Shown piece by piece: positions 51,522-63,006 of a stretch of 64,000 nucleotides of DNA. The notes beneath the pieces were generated by a model, which ran no database searches, was not told where the DNA came from, and worked only from the letters and a program-made list of their open reading frames with translations. The stretch covers positions 434,001-498,000 of the forward strand of contig JAUPSS010000008.1 in assembly GCA_040285825.1 (NCBI GenBank), read 5' to 3'. Each line of letters starts with the position of its first letter. Within the stretch, counting starts at the first letter, position 1. A program made the translations under genes and the position numbers. The stretch comes from Eukaryota sp. TZLM1-RC. Taxonomy: Eukaryota; Protista; Metamonada: BaSk clade.

Positions 51522-54092
51522 CTCAAGCCGCATGCTGATGGGATTGACTGTCCTCCTATGGAGATCAACTTTCATGATGAAAGTATTCGAGTGAGACGAC
51601 CCCCTCACAGATTAAACCCCGAGAAGCAGAAAGTCGCCGAACAGATCTTCGATGAACTCGTCGAGTCTGGATTTGCTGTACCATCGAACCATAAGTTCAG
51701 TTCTCCAGTATGTCTTGTGGTATAGCCTGATCATCGTAAACCTCGCCGTACTGGTGATTACAGCGGCAAATACGGAGTCAACGCCAACACTGTTCCTGCT
51801 TAACCTAATCTCCCTAGAATCTCCGATGTTCTAGTCTTCCTTTCGGAAGCTAATTTCATCAATACCCTTGACCTCCCCAAAGCCTTTTGGCAACTAAAAA
51901 TTGCAGAAAAGGACTAGGAGAAGACTGCCTTAAGCATTTCTGGCAAAAGTATCATGTTTAAACGTGCTGCTTTTGGCCTCAAGAACGTTCCTGCAGTTTT
52001 TCAGAACGTTATGGCAGACATCTTCTCCGGAGACGGTGTATTCATCTATATAGATGACATCATTATAGTAGGTAGAACTTTCAACGAGTTCCTCGGACGT
52101 CTAAGATGTGTCTTCGAGCAGGCTCGAACCCGTAGAGTTAGCCATGGACTGCCCAAGTGCCATTTTGTGTACTCGAGACACCCAATAAAGATCCTTGGTA
52201 GCAGATTCTTCATTTTTGGACAAAAAAATTTCTGATCCAGAATTTTTAGAAAATCACGATGAAAACAAAGTTTGTTCAAAAACGAAGCCACGCTCCTATA
52301 GATGCTCAAAGTGTCGACAACAAGGACATAATCCTCGAACATGCCCCAATGTTGGAAAAAATGATGTGACAAATTCTGAAACAAAATGTAAAAGACAATT
52401 TATTAGAAGAAAAGAGTCTAAGGTAGAACCAATAAATGATTCTCCACAAGTTGTTGCAAAACCAGTTAACAATCGATTCAAGTACAAAACTTGCAACAAT
52501 TGTGAAAATTTCTTTTAGAAAAAATGCAAAAGGAAAAACGGCTGATCGATGCTTGAAATGCCGCATAGTTGATAACTACCATCCTTCCATAAAAATACCT
52601 CAAGAAATTCATCCGTCAAAATGCAATGAATTTGCTTTCGTTTTTAAAAGATTTTTGGATCAATTATGTAAAGGAAAGTATGCTATCAATATTCTTTGGG
52701 AATTTTTTGGTTCTTTAGAAATGGTTTAAAAATGGTTTAAGAAAAAACAATGAAAAGATTTGATATTTATTTATGGCGTTCTCGGATTCAATTTGCCATT
52801 ATTAATAGATTACCTCGGTTTTTCAATCGAATAAGTGATGCTTTAGCTAGACAGCAAGCAGATCAAGATGTTGTAGAGGAAATCTTGGTTCAATGATAGT
52901 CGTCCCATTAGTTATGAGTTAATTTAATTAAGTGTGCAAATTCAATAAATACAAATATAAATCCATTTATCATTCTGTGGTTTTCATTTGAAATGCCATT
53001 AATAATATATGCAGCTCGGCTGTTTTAAATCAAGATCTTCACTCATTGTTATTGGAAAAGGGTGTTTGTGAAAACAAGTCGTCAATTTCTTCACTTTTTG
53101 TAACCATTGTACCACGAAGATTTGGATTGTGTGCCACTAATGAAGCATTTGTAACAAAAATGAGATTATATTTGAACATCCCCATTAATCAATTATTATC
53201 AAAAGAAAAATGTATTTGTTCGAATTCACCTCAACTCACTTTGCGCCATGCTCTGAATTGCTCTGAATTGATAACTTATCGTTCTTCATTACATGATGCT
53301 GTTAGAGACACTGTTTTCAATATGGCACAAACTGCAAGGATATCGTGTATCAAAGAGCTCCTGCTGAAGGAAACGCTTTCTCTGAATAATTTTGGTTCTG
53401 ATGATAGAGGTGATGTATACTGTGATTGGATTGATAATACTGAAACTATTGTTGACTTTGTCTCATGTAATGTTGCAAATGATATTTTGGTTCACAGAAG
53501 AAAACTTAATCCTGTGGCTGCTCTGGATTTTAAAGCAAAAGAGAAACATAGAAAATATGATAAAGAAATTGAAGATGCAAATGTTGATAGAAATACACAG
53601 CTGGTTTTTATTGCTTTCCCATTTTCGATAAATGGAAGATTATCAGTTGAAGCAGAATTTTTTTTGGATGACTCCAAAAAAATGGTGAAAGAAAAAACAA
53701 TGAAAAGATTTGATATTTTTTTATGGCGTTCACGGATTCAATTTGCCATTATTAATAGATTACCGCGGTTTTTCAATCGAATTAGAGAAGCTTTAGCTAG
53801 ACAGCAAGCAAATCAAGATTTTGTAGAGGAAATCTTGGTTTAATGATAGTCGTCCCATTAGTTATGATTTAATTTAATAAAGTGTGCAAATTCAATAAAT
53901 ACGATATTATTTTGATTTAGCATTTCCCACTGTTCGAGATGATTCAGCAATTGATGTACTCAATCAACTTTCACCGAGATGGAGAGAAGTTGTCATCAGG
54001 GAAAATGGCTTTTTCTTTTAGATACTTGGGTTTTTGCCAAAAAATTCATAAAAATACCCTACGGACATGGGTTAGGCAATCTGGCATATAAA

Positions 54093-56495
54093 ATGATAAA
54101 TGAAAAGAAAATCAAACTTCATCAACAATTCACCAATATTTTACCTGTTGATTGTTTAGCTACTACTCCACTGAGACAAACTTTAATTCAATATGGGCTT
54201 CAAGATTGTTCACTATGTCTGAAACTTTTCGTGTTGTTTCAGAAAGATAAGTTTGTTTTACCATCTTATAAAACCATTCGAGCAACCGTCAACTCAATGG
54301 TTAAACATTCAAATGTTATACTCAAAATGAAAGAAATTGCTTCAAAATTTCAACAGTTACGAATTCATACTACTTGTTGCTTAAAGCTGTATTTACAATC
54401 CCGATTTGAACGTAATTTGCCACTACCACGAATTTCTGCCAAACTATATGAATCATTAATGGCCAGAATTCGTTACATTTCAGATGATTTTTATGAGCAA
54501 CAAATGGTAAAGCCTAAAAGTGAAATTCCACAGGATTTGGAAGATTTTGTTTATGGTGAAGGAGATTATAATTTATCAACTACCTTTGAACAACAAAAGT
54601 TAAACAAAACTTTAAGTTATCTTGATCACTTGAGACACAGGCCTGAATACTTCCCACGATTTCCAACAGATGGATTCAGTCGACCACCTGAGTATATGGC
54701 CCCAGTTATGTTTGCAAATTTTGAGAATAATTTGAAATTAAATTATGAGAAACATATTAATCGCTTTATTAATGTGTATTTTGACAAAACAGGTGTGGAA
54801 AATGTGTTAGCAGAAATGCACAAGCTAGGTGGATACTCAACGCCATTATCTACCATTATTTCACTATATAGATTTAGGCTTCGTCAATTCAAAAACTTGT
54901 TTTTAGTTGATGATAGAGATTGCTTGAGTTCTTTGTTTCATCATCCTGAAAATATTTCAGACCTTCTGAATGATGAATTTTACGATTTATGTGAACAGCA
55001 TGATATAAGAAATAATGAACTTAGAGACATATTTGAAGGTCTTATTGAGCCTTTTACTTGCCAAATTGAGAATTTGGTCACTGACGAGAATTTAGTTGAT
55101 AACATATTTCCAGTGGATATACATTTTCTTGCAGACACTGTTGAAAAAGATCCACAAATATTTCTAACACCAGCAATTACAATTGCCCAATATATCTCCA
55201 GTAGAGAGAAAAAACCTTATCATATTTCTCCTGTTTCAACCACTGTAGGCCCTGGATATTTTCCCATTGATACAAGAACACTATGGAGAATTGTTAAACA
55301 AACATTGATGGACGATTTATCATCTACACAGACGCTGAAAATGTCCAATACACTAGCCCAAATTACGAAATTCAAACCACCTCAGCAATTTGACTTTTGG
55401 TCTAATATTCTCGATTTAAACCAGCCAATGTTCAAACAGAAGAGCTATAAATTCAACAACATTATTCACACAGATGGATTTAATATTGCAGTAGAATTTG
55501 TTCGTCGGGATTTACAAGGTCAGAAATGTAAGCCAGACAACAAGGCAAGTATTTCTGATTTATATATTGATGATGTTGATGTTGATGCTTTTCAAGACAA
55601 ACGAATTGTTGTTTGTGATCCTGGAAAACGTGATTTATTGTATTTTGGGAGTAAAAAGACTGATCAAGAACTAGCCATGGTGCCTGAACATGAAACTGAA
55701 CAGCAAAGAAATAGTCGGGTGATGAATCAAGACAAGAAGTACAAATGGTTGAGAATGACTCAGATGTCCTGGTCTTTGAAAAGCAGGATGAATGAAAAAC
55801 AGAAACGATGGGCGACAAAGTATACTGAGGTAGATTACGACAAAAACCAAATGATAGAGTCTAACGAAATGACAATTGAAGATGCAAACACCGAATTGTC
55901 CGCATTTGCTGCAAATTCGGCGACTTTTATAGACTTTTCCAACTTTGTGGTTGCCAAACTTCGGCAAGTTTTTTTGACAATTGACTTTTACAGTCTTGAC
56001 TTGTGGAGCATTCATAAAATGCAAGCTTTCATTCACAAGCAAAAGACTGAAAGTTGGTTGTTAAAAAGCCTTGTTCAGCAGTTTGGCAACCCGAAAGACA
56101 CTTTAATACTAATGGGTGATTATGGTAAAAAAGGTATTAAAAATTTGAAACATCAGAGACCTACTCGAGGCATTGGATGGATTCAATTTCTGAAAAGAAA
56201 TGGATTTGAAGTATTGATGATCAATGAAGCTTTCACTTCAGCAATATGTCCTGTTTGTTTTGAAAAGGTTGCTACGTTTTTGAGAGTAACAAATCCCAGA
56301 GTGTATAGAAGAGAAAAAACTCCTGTTACTACATGTAATGGTTTATTAGCTTGTAATAGCGAGAGTTGCAAACTCAGTAACAATGGCTCAGCAAAGCTTT
56401 TCAATAGAAATAAGCTGGCTTGTCTGAATATGTTTGCAATTGCTGAAGTCAGAATGAGTGGTAATGAAAGGCCTCAGTATCTGTCTAGTAGATAG
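54093..56495 (+). CDS. Fanzor1-like RNA-guided nuclease, family A copy 2, uninterrupted ORF (up to ~800 aa; start uncertain)
   Basis: IHTDG; D at 55617 (CDPG), E at 56226 (INEAFTS), CPVC/CNSESC zinc finger, NRN at 56403..56411, RPQYL. Confidence 0.92.
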   Translation: MINEKKIKLHQQFTNILPVDCLATTPLRQTLIQYGLQDCSLCLKLFVLFQKDKFVLPSYKTIRATVNSMVKHSNVILKMKEIASKFQQLRIHTTCCLKLYLQSRFERNLPLPRISAKLYESLMARIRYISDDFYEQQMVKPKSEIPQDLEDFVYGEGDYNLSTTFEQQKLNKTLSYLDHLRHRPEYFPRFPTDGFSRPPEYMAPVMFANFENNLKLNYEKHINRFINVYFDKTGVENVLAEMHKLGGYSTPLSTIISLYRFRLRQFKNLFLVDDRDCLSSLFHHPENISDLLNDEFYDLCEQHDIRNNELRDIFEGLIEPFTCQIENLVTDENLVDNIFPVDIHFLADTVEKDPQIFLTPAITIAQYISSREKKPYHISPVSTTVGPGYFPIDTRTLWRIVKQTLMDDLSSTQTLKMSNTLAQITKFKPPQQFDFWSNILDLNQPMFKQKSYKFNNIIHTDGFNIAVEFVRRDLQGQKCKPDNKASISDLYIDDVDVDAFQDKRIVVCDPGKRDLLYFGSKKTDQELAMVPEHETEQQRNSRVMNQDKKYKWLRMTQMSWSLKSRMNEKQKRWATKYTEVDYDKNQMIESNEMTIEDANTELSAFAANSATFIDFSNFVVAKLRQVFLTIDFYSLDLWSIHKMQAFIHKQKTESWLLKSLVQQFGNPKDTLILMGDYGKKGIKNLKHQRPTRGIGWIQFLKRNGFEVLMINEAFTSAICPVCFEKVATFLRVTNPRVYRREKTPVTTCNGLLACNSESCKLSNNGSAKLFNRNKLACLNMFAIAEVRMSGNERPQYLSSR

Positions 56496-56551
56496 TTTTT
56501 GTAATTATTCCACACGAAAATTGATCGTGTATTTATGGGAATTTCCCACAG
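56496..56551 (+). ncRNA. Candidate omegaRNA scaffold 3' part / right end, family A copy 2
   Basis: Identical to 7121..7176; ends CACAG|TA. Confidence 0.68.
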
Positions 56552-56673
56552 TAATTAGTTATTCAAAAAAAACCTCACGTTTGTTTCAAACCTCACTTTG
56601 ATTACACTGTCTTTTTAGTTGACTGACCCACCTTATTACACCATAGTTATTAAACTGTCACTTACTCTCTTTC

Positions 56674-58345
56674 ATGAAACTTGTTCCGTCATTCTTGTTG
56701 TGTTGCAAATGTTCACGAGATCGAGCAGATGATGATGATGATGATGATGATGCTGATTTGGAACACCCTGAACTGTCGGCATACTCTTCACAAGCTCTCA
56801 CCGAGCCAACCACGCCCATTTCAAATGTTGTTTGCGATGATCAATCTGCTTTTGATTCTACTGGTTCAACTCCCTTCTACCCAGTCAGAATCACTCCACC
56901 ATATGAACCACGTTCTCTTCCAATCGGACGTTTTCGAACATCTTCCTTTACCGAACATTCTGTATCTATGACTGTTAATCAATACAAAATGGAATCACTA
57001 CTCCAACGTGGAAACTCTGGTCGTGATACCCGTGTTTACCTCTCCCGTTCCAAAGTTGATGATAGTCTTTATGTAATTAAGGTATTCAATTCATCCATTA
57101 TAAAGAAAAAACAGTTTTCTCAACGTAGTTCACCCATTAAACAAGGTTTTGATCGTGTTCAAACTGAAATTGCCATCATGAAGCAACTTCGTCATCCCAA
57201 CATTGTGTCTCTTATCGAAGTCATTGACGATCCTTCTTCCAACAAGCTGTTTCTAGTTATGGAGTACGTTTCTGAAGGCGCGGTTATGCCTGATGATGTT
57301 AAGCTGATGAAACCGTTGGAAGCTTTGGATTCTTGGATCTTTTTCAGGGATTTAGTAATGGGTGTGGATTATCTTCATCAACAGTCAATTGTGCATCGTG
57401 ATATTAAGCCAGCTAATTGTTTGATTTATTCAATTCATTGTACTTATTCTAGGTTTAATATCTATAGATAAGCAGCGAGAGAATCTGAAAAGGCTCAAGA
57501 TTGCTGACTTTGGTCTTTCAGTATTGATTGAAGGCGATGGTACTCTGATCCGTTCCGAATCCTCCTCTGTTCAGGACTGCACTTCCCCCGCGTTCAGTAG
57601 TCCTGAAATAGTTGCAGGAGGTGATTCTTGGTCTGGGAAAGCTTCTGACATTTGGGCCATGGGTGTTACGTTGTATTCGTTTGCATTTGGCAAACTTCCT
57701 TTCTATCATGCTAATATGCTACGGTTGTTTCAATTGATCGCCACTTCTGAACCTGAATTCCCTGAACAAGTCGATCCTCTGCTTAAGGATTTGATATCCA
57801 GAATGCTGATCAAGGATCCTTCTTTCCGCATTACCATTGATGAAATCCTTGACCACCCATGGCTTACTGAAGGGGGTGAGTATCCACTGCCAAGATTGAA
57901 GTATGATCCTGTAAGTCTTGATGCTACTGATATTGAGGCTGCCTTGAAGGAAATGTACATACACTTGGATACTGAATCAATGAGTAGAAGGGTATCAGTA
58001 GTTGTGCACAATTCCATAACTCATTCAAGAAGATCTTCACTTGTACCTCGTTCGATTTCAGATCCAAGTAAATGTGGTGAACATCGTTTTTCAAATGACC
58101 TTTCTGCACTTTCTCATACCTCTGACTCTTCTATTCTCAACGTAAACATACCAGATTGTTTCATTCAACCAGATACCATTGCTGAAGTCGACACTCCCAC
58201 TCATTCAACAAATTCGGCAATGTTATTTCAACCTTCTGCAGAAAGTGAGTCTATTGGAGTCCAGTTCATTACTTCAGATGGTTATGATGACTATTCAACT
58301 TCAAATTATTCGGCTTGTATGTATTCATCTGAAGAGGGTTATTGA
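56674..58345 (+). CDS. Ser/Thr kinase, CaMKK/SAK1-like; exons 56674..57418 and 57453..58345
   Basis: VIK, EIAIMK, EVIDDP..KLFLVMEY, HRDIKPAN, DFG, PAF..PE, DIWAMG; removing 57419..57452 (GT..AG) restores the frame. Confidence 0.9.
57419..57452 (+). other. 34-nt spliceosomal intron
   Basis: GTTTGA...TTCTAG; splicing gives HRDIKPANC-LISIDKQRENLKRLKIADFG. Confidence 0.85.
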
Positions 58346-58455
58346 ATAATTAATGATTTTATTGTCCAGATTTGAGTTTTTCTTTAAAATAGTTTCTTGA
58401 TTTAAGTTTTGTAAATAAGTTATTTTGTGTAATAAAAATGTATTATTATATCTGT

Positions 58456-59154
58456 TCAGGTTCCTTTTGGGAGAATTATTCCTAGTGATCTGCAAAGAGA
58501 AACTGAAATGTCACACAGACCACTTACCCATTCGGTAATTGTGTGTTCATCATTTTGGTGTTCCAATAGAGAAATTAACTTTGATAATATAGGAGATTTT
58601 GATTTGAATAACTGGCTGAGGGCATGTGATGTGATTTTCTGGTAACCAGGTCTATATCGAAAATCTATCGTTGTTTCATTGAACATTACTACAAAAACCA
58701 AAACTCGCCAGAATTGAGCAAACGAGATGAAAGAATCTGAAACTGATAAGAGAGGAAATAAAGGAAGAAGAGAAGGAAGTAAAAAATCAGCAAATGAAGG
58801 AAAGTAAAGCTGTAAAAGTTGGGTCCAGTCTGTAGCAGAAAGGGAATACTGTCGTTTCTCAAGAGAAAACTTGCTAAAAATAGTACGCAAGTATCTTCCT
58901 CTAGTAGTCATGCCTGAAGGAATTCCCGTGTCCAAGGTGTCACGATAATCAGTGGATGTGTTGAAAAAGGAAGCTAAGGACGGCAGTACTGGGGAAGGTC
59001 GTTTAAGTAGTGCCTCTGTGGCACCTTCTGTGAGAAGTTCTGGTATCCCATAATATGATAAATACTGTTCGGGAGTCAAATTTGAAAAATAAGACCTGAT
59101 TGTAGTGGTTGTGGTTGGAGAGATCAGCAGCAGTGCAAGATCTTTGGCAACCAT
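58456..59154 (-). CDS. Hypothetical protein, possibly CSTPP1/TPGS1-like (tubulin polyglutamylase complex subunit)
   Basis: RIIa-like N-terminus EQYL..YGI..LL...LLKRP..L..FF and LSATDWTQLLQLYFPSF; resemblance from memory only. Confidence 0.5.
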   Translation of the reverse strand: MVAKDLALLLISPTTTTTIRSYFSNLTPEQYLSYYGIPELLTEGATEALLKRPSPVLPSLASFFNTSTDYRDTLDTGIPSGMTTRGRYLRTIFSKFSLEKRQYSLSATDWTQLLQLYFPSFADFLLPSLLPLFPLLSVSDSFISFAQFWRVLVFVVMFNETTIDFRYRPGYQKITSHALSQLFKSKSPILSKLISLLEHQNDEHTITEWVSGLCDISVSLCRSLGIILPKGT

Positions 59155-59169
59155 GGAAAGCAAATCTTA

Positions 59170-59290
59170 CAGTATTTTGCAAAATTGGTGAATTGCCATT
59201 CCCATTCCCATTCCCATTCCCACCCCATTCCCAATTCTCAAAATCCATGCCGTTTAACACCGATCATTTTTTTTCTGATGTCAATTTACT
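59170..59290 (+). mobile_element. Possible Tc1/pogo-type terminal remnant with (CCCATT)n repeats; copies at ~51050..51169 and ~47110..47155
   Basis: TA|CAGTATTTTGCAAAATTGGTGAAT then CCCATT tandem units; same motif cluster in a diverged copy at 47110. Confidence 0.4.
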
Positions 59291-59627
59291 TCAACTTAAG
59301 GAAGGATTGGTGTTCTATTTTTATTCTTTTATTGGAAAAAACAAATCTGTCAAAAGTTTTATTGGACAATACAAATTGTTTAAAACTAATGTCGCTATAA
59401 TTGAGTGCGCACCAAACAAAAACAATGTTATACCAAACGCACCATCGTACCACCGAACAAAAAAAGTAATAGTAATAAAAAGTAGTGGTTGTGGTTATCC
59501 AATTGCTCCTTTGGTGGATTCTTCTCAGGTTGTTGTTGACTTTACTACTGTTGATTCTTTTGCTTCAATTTACTGTGAAGATGTCTTAGTTAGTTCTAAT
59601 GGCCACTTAGACAAGGCTGAGTTGATT

Positions 59628-60516
59628 CTAATTCTTTTCTGTTGATTCTAATTGTCTCTTCAGTAATAACTGATCCTTTTCTGAGCTCTTCTTCCACTCA
59701 TCTTTATAATTTTCAAGTTTTTCAATCCATTCCGCGTCCTTTGAACTACAAATATTTGTCAGCTGAGACTTGACACTTGTCAGCTCAGAGAACAGCTCAG
59801 TGACACGTGTTTCTGCTGAATTCAACTGACTTTTGTAATTTTGCGCTTCCTTTTTGAATTTGTTGAAATTCAGTTTCTAAAATATTATTTTCAGCCACTT
59901 GATTAGTTAATTCCAAATCCTTTTCATTAATTTCAGACATTAACTGGGAATTTCGGAATCTTAACTTTGAAATTTCAGTTTCCAGTTTAGACATTGTTGA
60001 TTGGTGATCAGAAACTTGCGATTGTAAATTAACCAACTCTAACTGTTGGTTGACCGCCTTGCCATCGTGATTGCTTTTCAGCTCAGTTATTAACCTTTCC
60101 TTTTCAATCAAATCATTTTCAAGTTCGGAAAGCTGCAGACACTGAGATTGAGTAGTTTCATTTAATTTAGATACTTCACACTCAAGTTGCTGGTTTAGTG
60201 ATTGAACACTGCTCATTTCTTGGTTAAGTTGTGATATGTGCGCATCATGAGAGTGTAGAGACGACAGAGTAAGGGAAAGAGAGGACTGTAGTTGAGATTC
60301 AATTGAGGTAAGTTCTGCATTGATATCATGGCGAAGGTCATTGAGATCAGAACGAAGCGAGAACGCATTTGAAACCTTCTGGAGTGTGTCTGGAGCGAAA
60401 AATACATCACTTACTTGTGGAAGAGGAAGATTATGTGATTTGCAGTAGTTTTGATAAGTAGTGATTGTGTGTTTAAGCTGAATCACCTTGGTTTGTAAAG
60501 AATTGAGTTTAGACAT
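59628..60516 (-). CDS. Coiled-coil protein, duplicate of 49831..50718 with a homopolymer frameshift near 59853
   Basis: ORFs 59797..60516 and 59628..59825 together equal the 295-aa protein. Confidence 0.68.
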
Positions 60517-60771
60517 CGGCTAATAACACAAAACGTCAAACAGTGGTAACCTGTTGAGATTAATGGAGGACGTGGATAAAATGAACTGAGATGCTGAACT
60601 ACTCAGTTGGAGAATTCTTACAAAGTAAATGGAAAGTGTGGGAAAGTGTGGGAATAGTGAAAACCTCCCAAAACCAAGTTGAGGGTTAAAAACCTCCCAG
60701 AATAGGCAACCAGAAGTCGAAAATGGGTGACAAGTGTAAAATTTGATAGATGAGCTCTTTATTCTCACTAC

Positions 60772-62731
60772 ATGTCAGACACCCCCTCTGTATCACGTGT
60801 ATTCACTCGGTCTTGTGCACTTAACTCGCTGCTGACCCCTGCAGCGGTGCAACAAATTCGGACTGACCTTCCTGTGGTCACCGAGATTTGTCATGAAGCG
60901 TCTTTATTACTTCAATCTTTTCTTCTAAATTTTCCGTTGGCATCAAGAGGTTTAGTGGAACAGGATGTATGGTATCTGTTTATGACCGTCATCACCACTG
61001 GTTCTTTTCCAAAGCCTTCCACATCTAAAGGCCAACGCCAATTACTCCATATCTTTTACAATGGATTTCTTCCTGAATGCCCACAAGACAGGTCTCTTGT
61101 TTCTGTGTGGGAAAATTCTTTAGTGCCTTACAGAAATTCATTCCATCTTTTCCTCAATGATTGGCTGCAGTCCCAGAACTGTAATTTTATCAATAGAAAA
61201 GGGCTTTCTTCTTATCTTGCCTGTCGTGCTCGTCAATTGGCCTCCAACGTTAAGACATGTTTACCCAAAATTTGTCAATCCTGGACAAAAAAACTTTATT
61301 CGTGCTCATTGTAGAGCCCTGAATAAAACAAATGTCTTTGCAAATAATATTCTTTCACTTTTGCCAGATGAACTACTAGCCCAACCCGAGGAAGTAGTAG
61401 TTGATTCTGTTCTTGAATACCTCATCAATTTCAATTTGAATAATTCAAGAGAAAGATTTTTTTTATTGAATGCATGTAGGTTTATCTTGAATCTCTTTCA
61501 AAGATTTCCTACCACTGCCTCCCTACTGTCCTCACATGATAAAATCACTTTTTCATCAAAGGAAATTAGTGAGCTTTTTTCTCTTCAATCTTAAAATTTC
61601 ACAATACTTACTCACTTTCTTTTCTCATATGCATTGCTGGAAGAAATTTAGAATAATACCTTTAGCTTCTCATAAAGGTTCTAAATTTATTGAGGTACCT
61701 TCACAAATTTTCCACTCTGTGAAAAAATTTCCAATTATTGAAGGATCATCTTCCAAAACAAAGTTTATCAAAAATACATGTCTGAAACGAGTATTCAAAC
61801 AATGTCCTTACCAAAAATTCAATATCAACAGAAAAAGTTTGAAAAATAGATTTAACAAAATTTTATTGAAAACTAATGGTAATGAACTGCTTGTGACCTT
61901 TGAAGGTAAAAATAATGACTCAGAAAACACAGATGAGCTGGATGAACCACCGAAAAAGAAAAGAAGATCAAAAAGTGAAATGAAAAGTGACCCTAATGCC
62001 AACAAAACCAGAGAAACACAGTTGAAGGGTACTAAAAAAATGCCCCGTCGAAGACGTAGACATCCAGTCGAAATTTTACCTGAAAGGCCCCTTATCGGCG
62101 TTGATCTTGGCCAATCAAGATTATGTGGTTACTTCTTAAATGATAATCAATGTGGAGTTATCCCTTGTCCAACTGGCAGAAGATACATGACAAAAAATTC
62201 ACCCAGTAAACACTCTCCCAACCAATATTCCGTTCAAAAATTTCAACCAATATTTGAACCATTGGAATTTGGTCAGGAGGAAAAGTGTATTTGGAAAGTA
62301 ATCGCCAGAAATGGAAAATAATTAAATTTGATAACCGCAGACGAAAAGAGAGACGGTTCAGAGAGAGTCTCAACAAATTTCAAAGTCTGGCTGGACATCC
62401 TGAAAAACTCTATCTTGCTGTGGGTTCTGCTAATTTCCCTTCTCATTGCCGAAAAGTCAATCGATATGGATCAGCAAGGGCTTTCAGAAAATGGTTGTGT
62501 TATCAAAAGGACGTGAAGCACTTGTCAACCAGTGAATTTAATACAAGCAAAATGTCAAGTTGTTGCATGGCCGAGAATATTCAAGCAGGCTCATGGCAGA
62601 TGCGTATTTGTACTGAGTGTCAAATAGTATATGACAGAGATATTTCCGCTGCAAAAAATATTCAAATTAAGAAGAAAGCGGAATTGTGGCCGGAAAGATA
62701 CATTTGCCCAGATGCTCTGCTGAGGAGATGA
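60772..62731 (+). pseudogene. Fanzor-like nuclease, family C copy 2 (about 650 aa if homopolymer frameshifts are corrected)
   Basis: LKTNGNEL, RuvC-I IGVDLG, AVGSA, RuvC-II TSEFNTSKMSSCC, CTEC, RuvC-III DRDISAAKNI; D-E-D triad present. Confidence 0.9.
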
Positions 62732-63004
62732 ATAGGGAACGTGAGCATACAGAAACAAAAACTTTTGAGACCGATCTACAAATACCTTAGTAGCATTTGG
62801 TAGATCCACTTAGATACATCAAGTCGCGAGGCTTTGTTCTGTGAATGCAGTAGGTGTATTTAAGTGAGGTAGCCCATTGATGAAGATCATGATTGTCTTT
62901 GTCAAATGATGCTACATGTCTCTTACACCCTGTGAGTAGAAATTGAGAAAGTTGAAAACAGGAGTGAATTTCACAGGGGAATGCATGATAAGTGAAATTC
63001 ACAG
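62732..63004 (+). ncRNA. Candidate omegaRNA scaffold / right end, family C copy 2 (273 nt)
   Basis: Consecutive hairpins 62773..62806, 62807..62866, 62869..62915, 62928..62978 (alternative 62964..63002), with G-U pairs on the sense strand; ends CACAG|TA. Confidence 0.75.
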
Positions 63005-63006
63005 TA

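Larger units (their letters stand above)
51521..56551 (+). repeat. Direct segmental duplicate of 1663..7176 (gypsy RT fragment, LINE mosaic, Fanzor A)
   Basis: Same chimeric junctions and same inactivating stops in the gypsy part; lacks the 4039..4523 insert. Confidence 0.93.

Noticed and set aside
53979-54092. N-terminal 38 aa of the 838-aa Fanzor ORF
   Set aside because: Upstream of the inferred element left end and out of frame in the other copy; probably chance read-through
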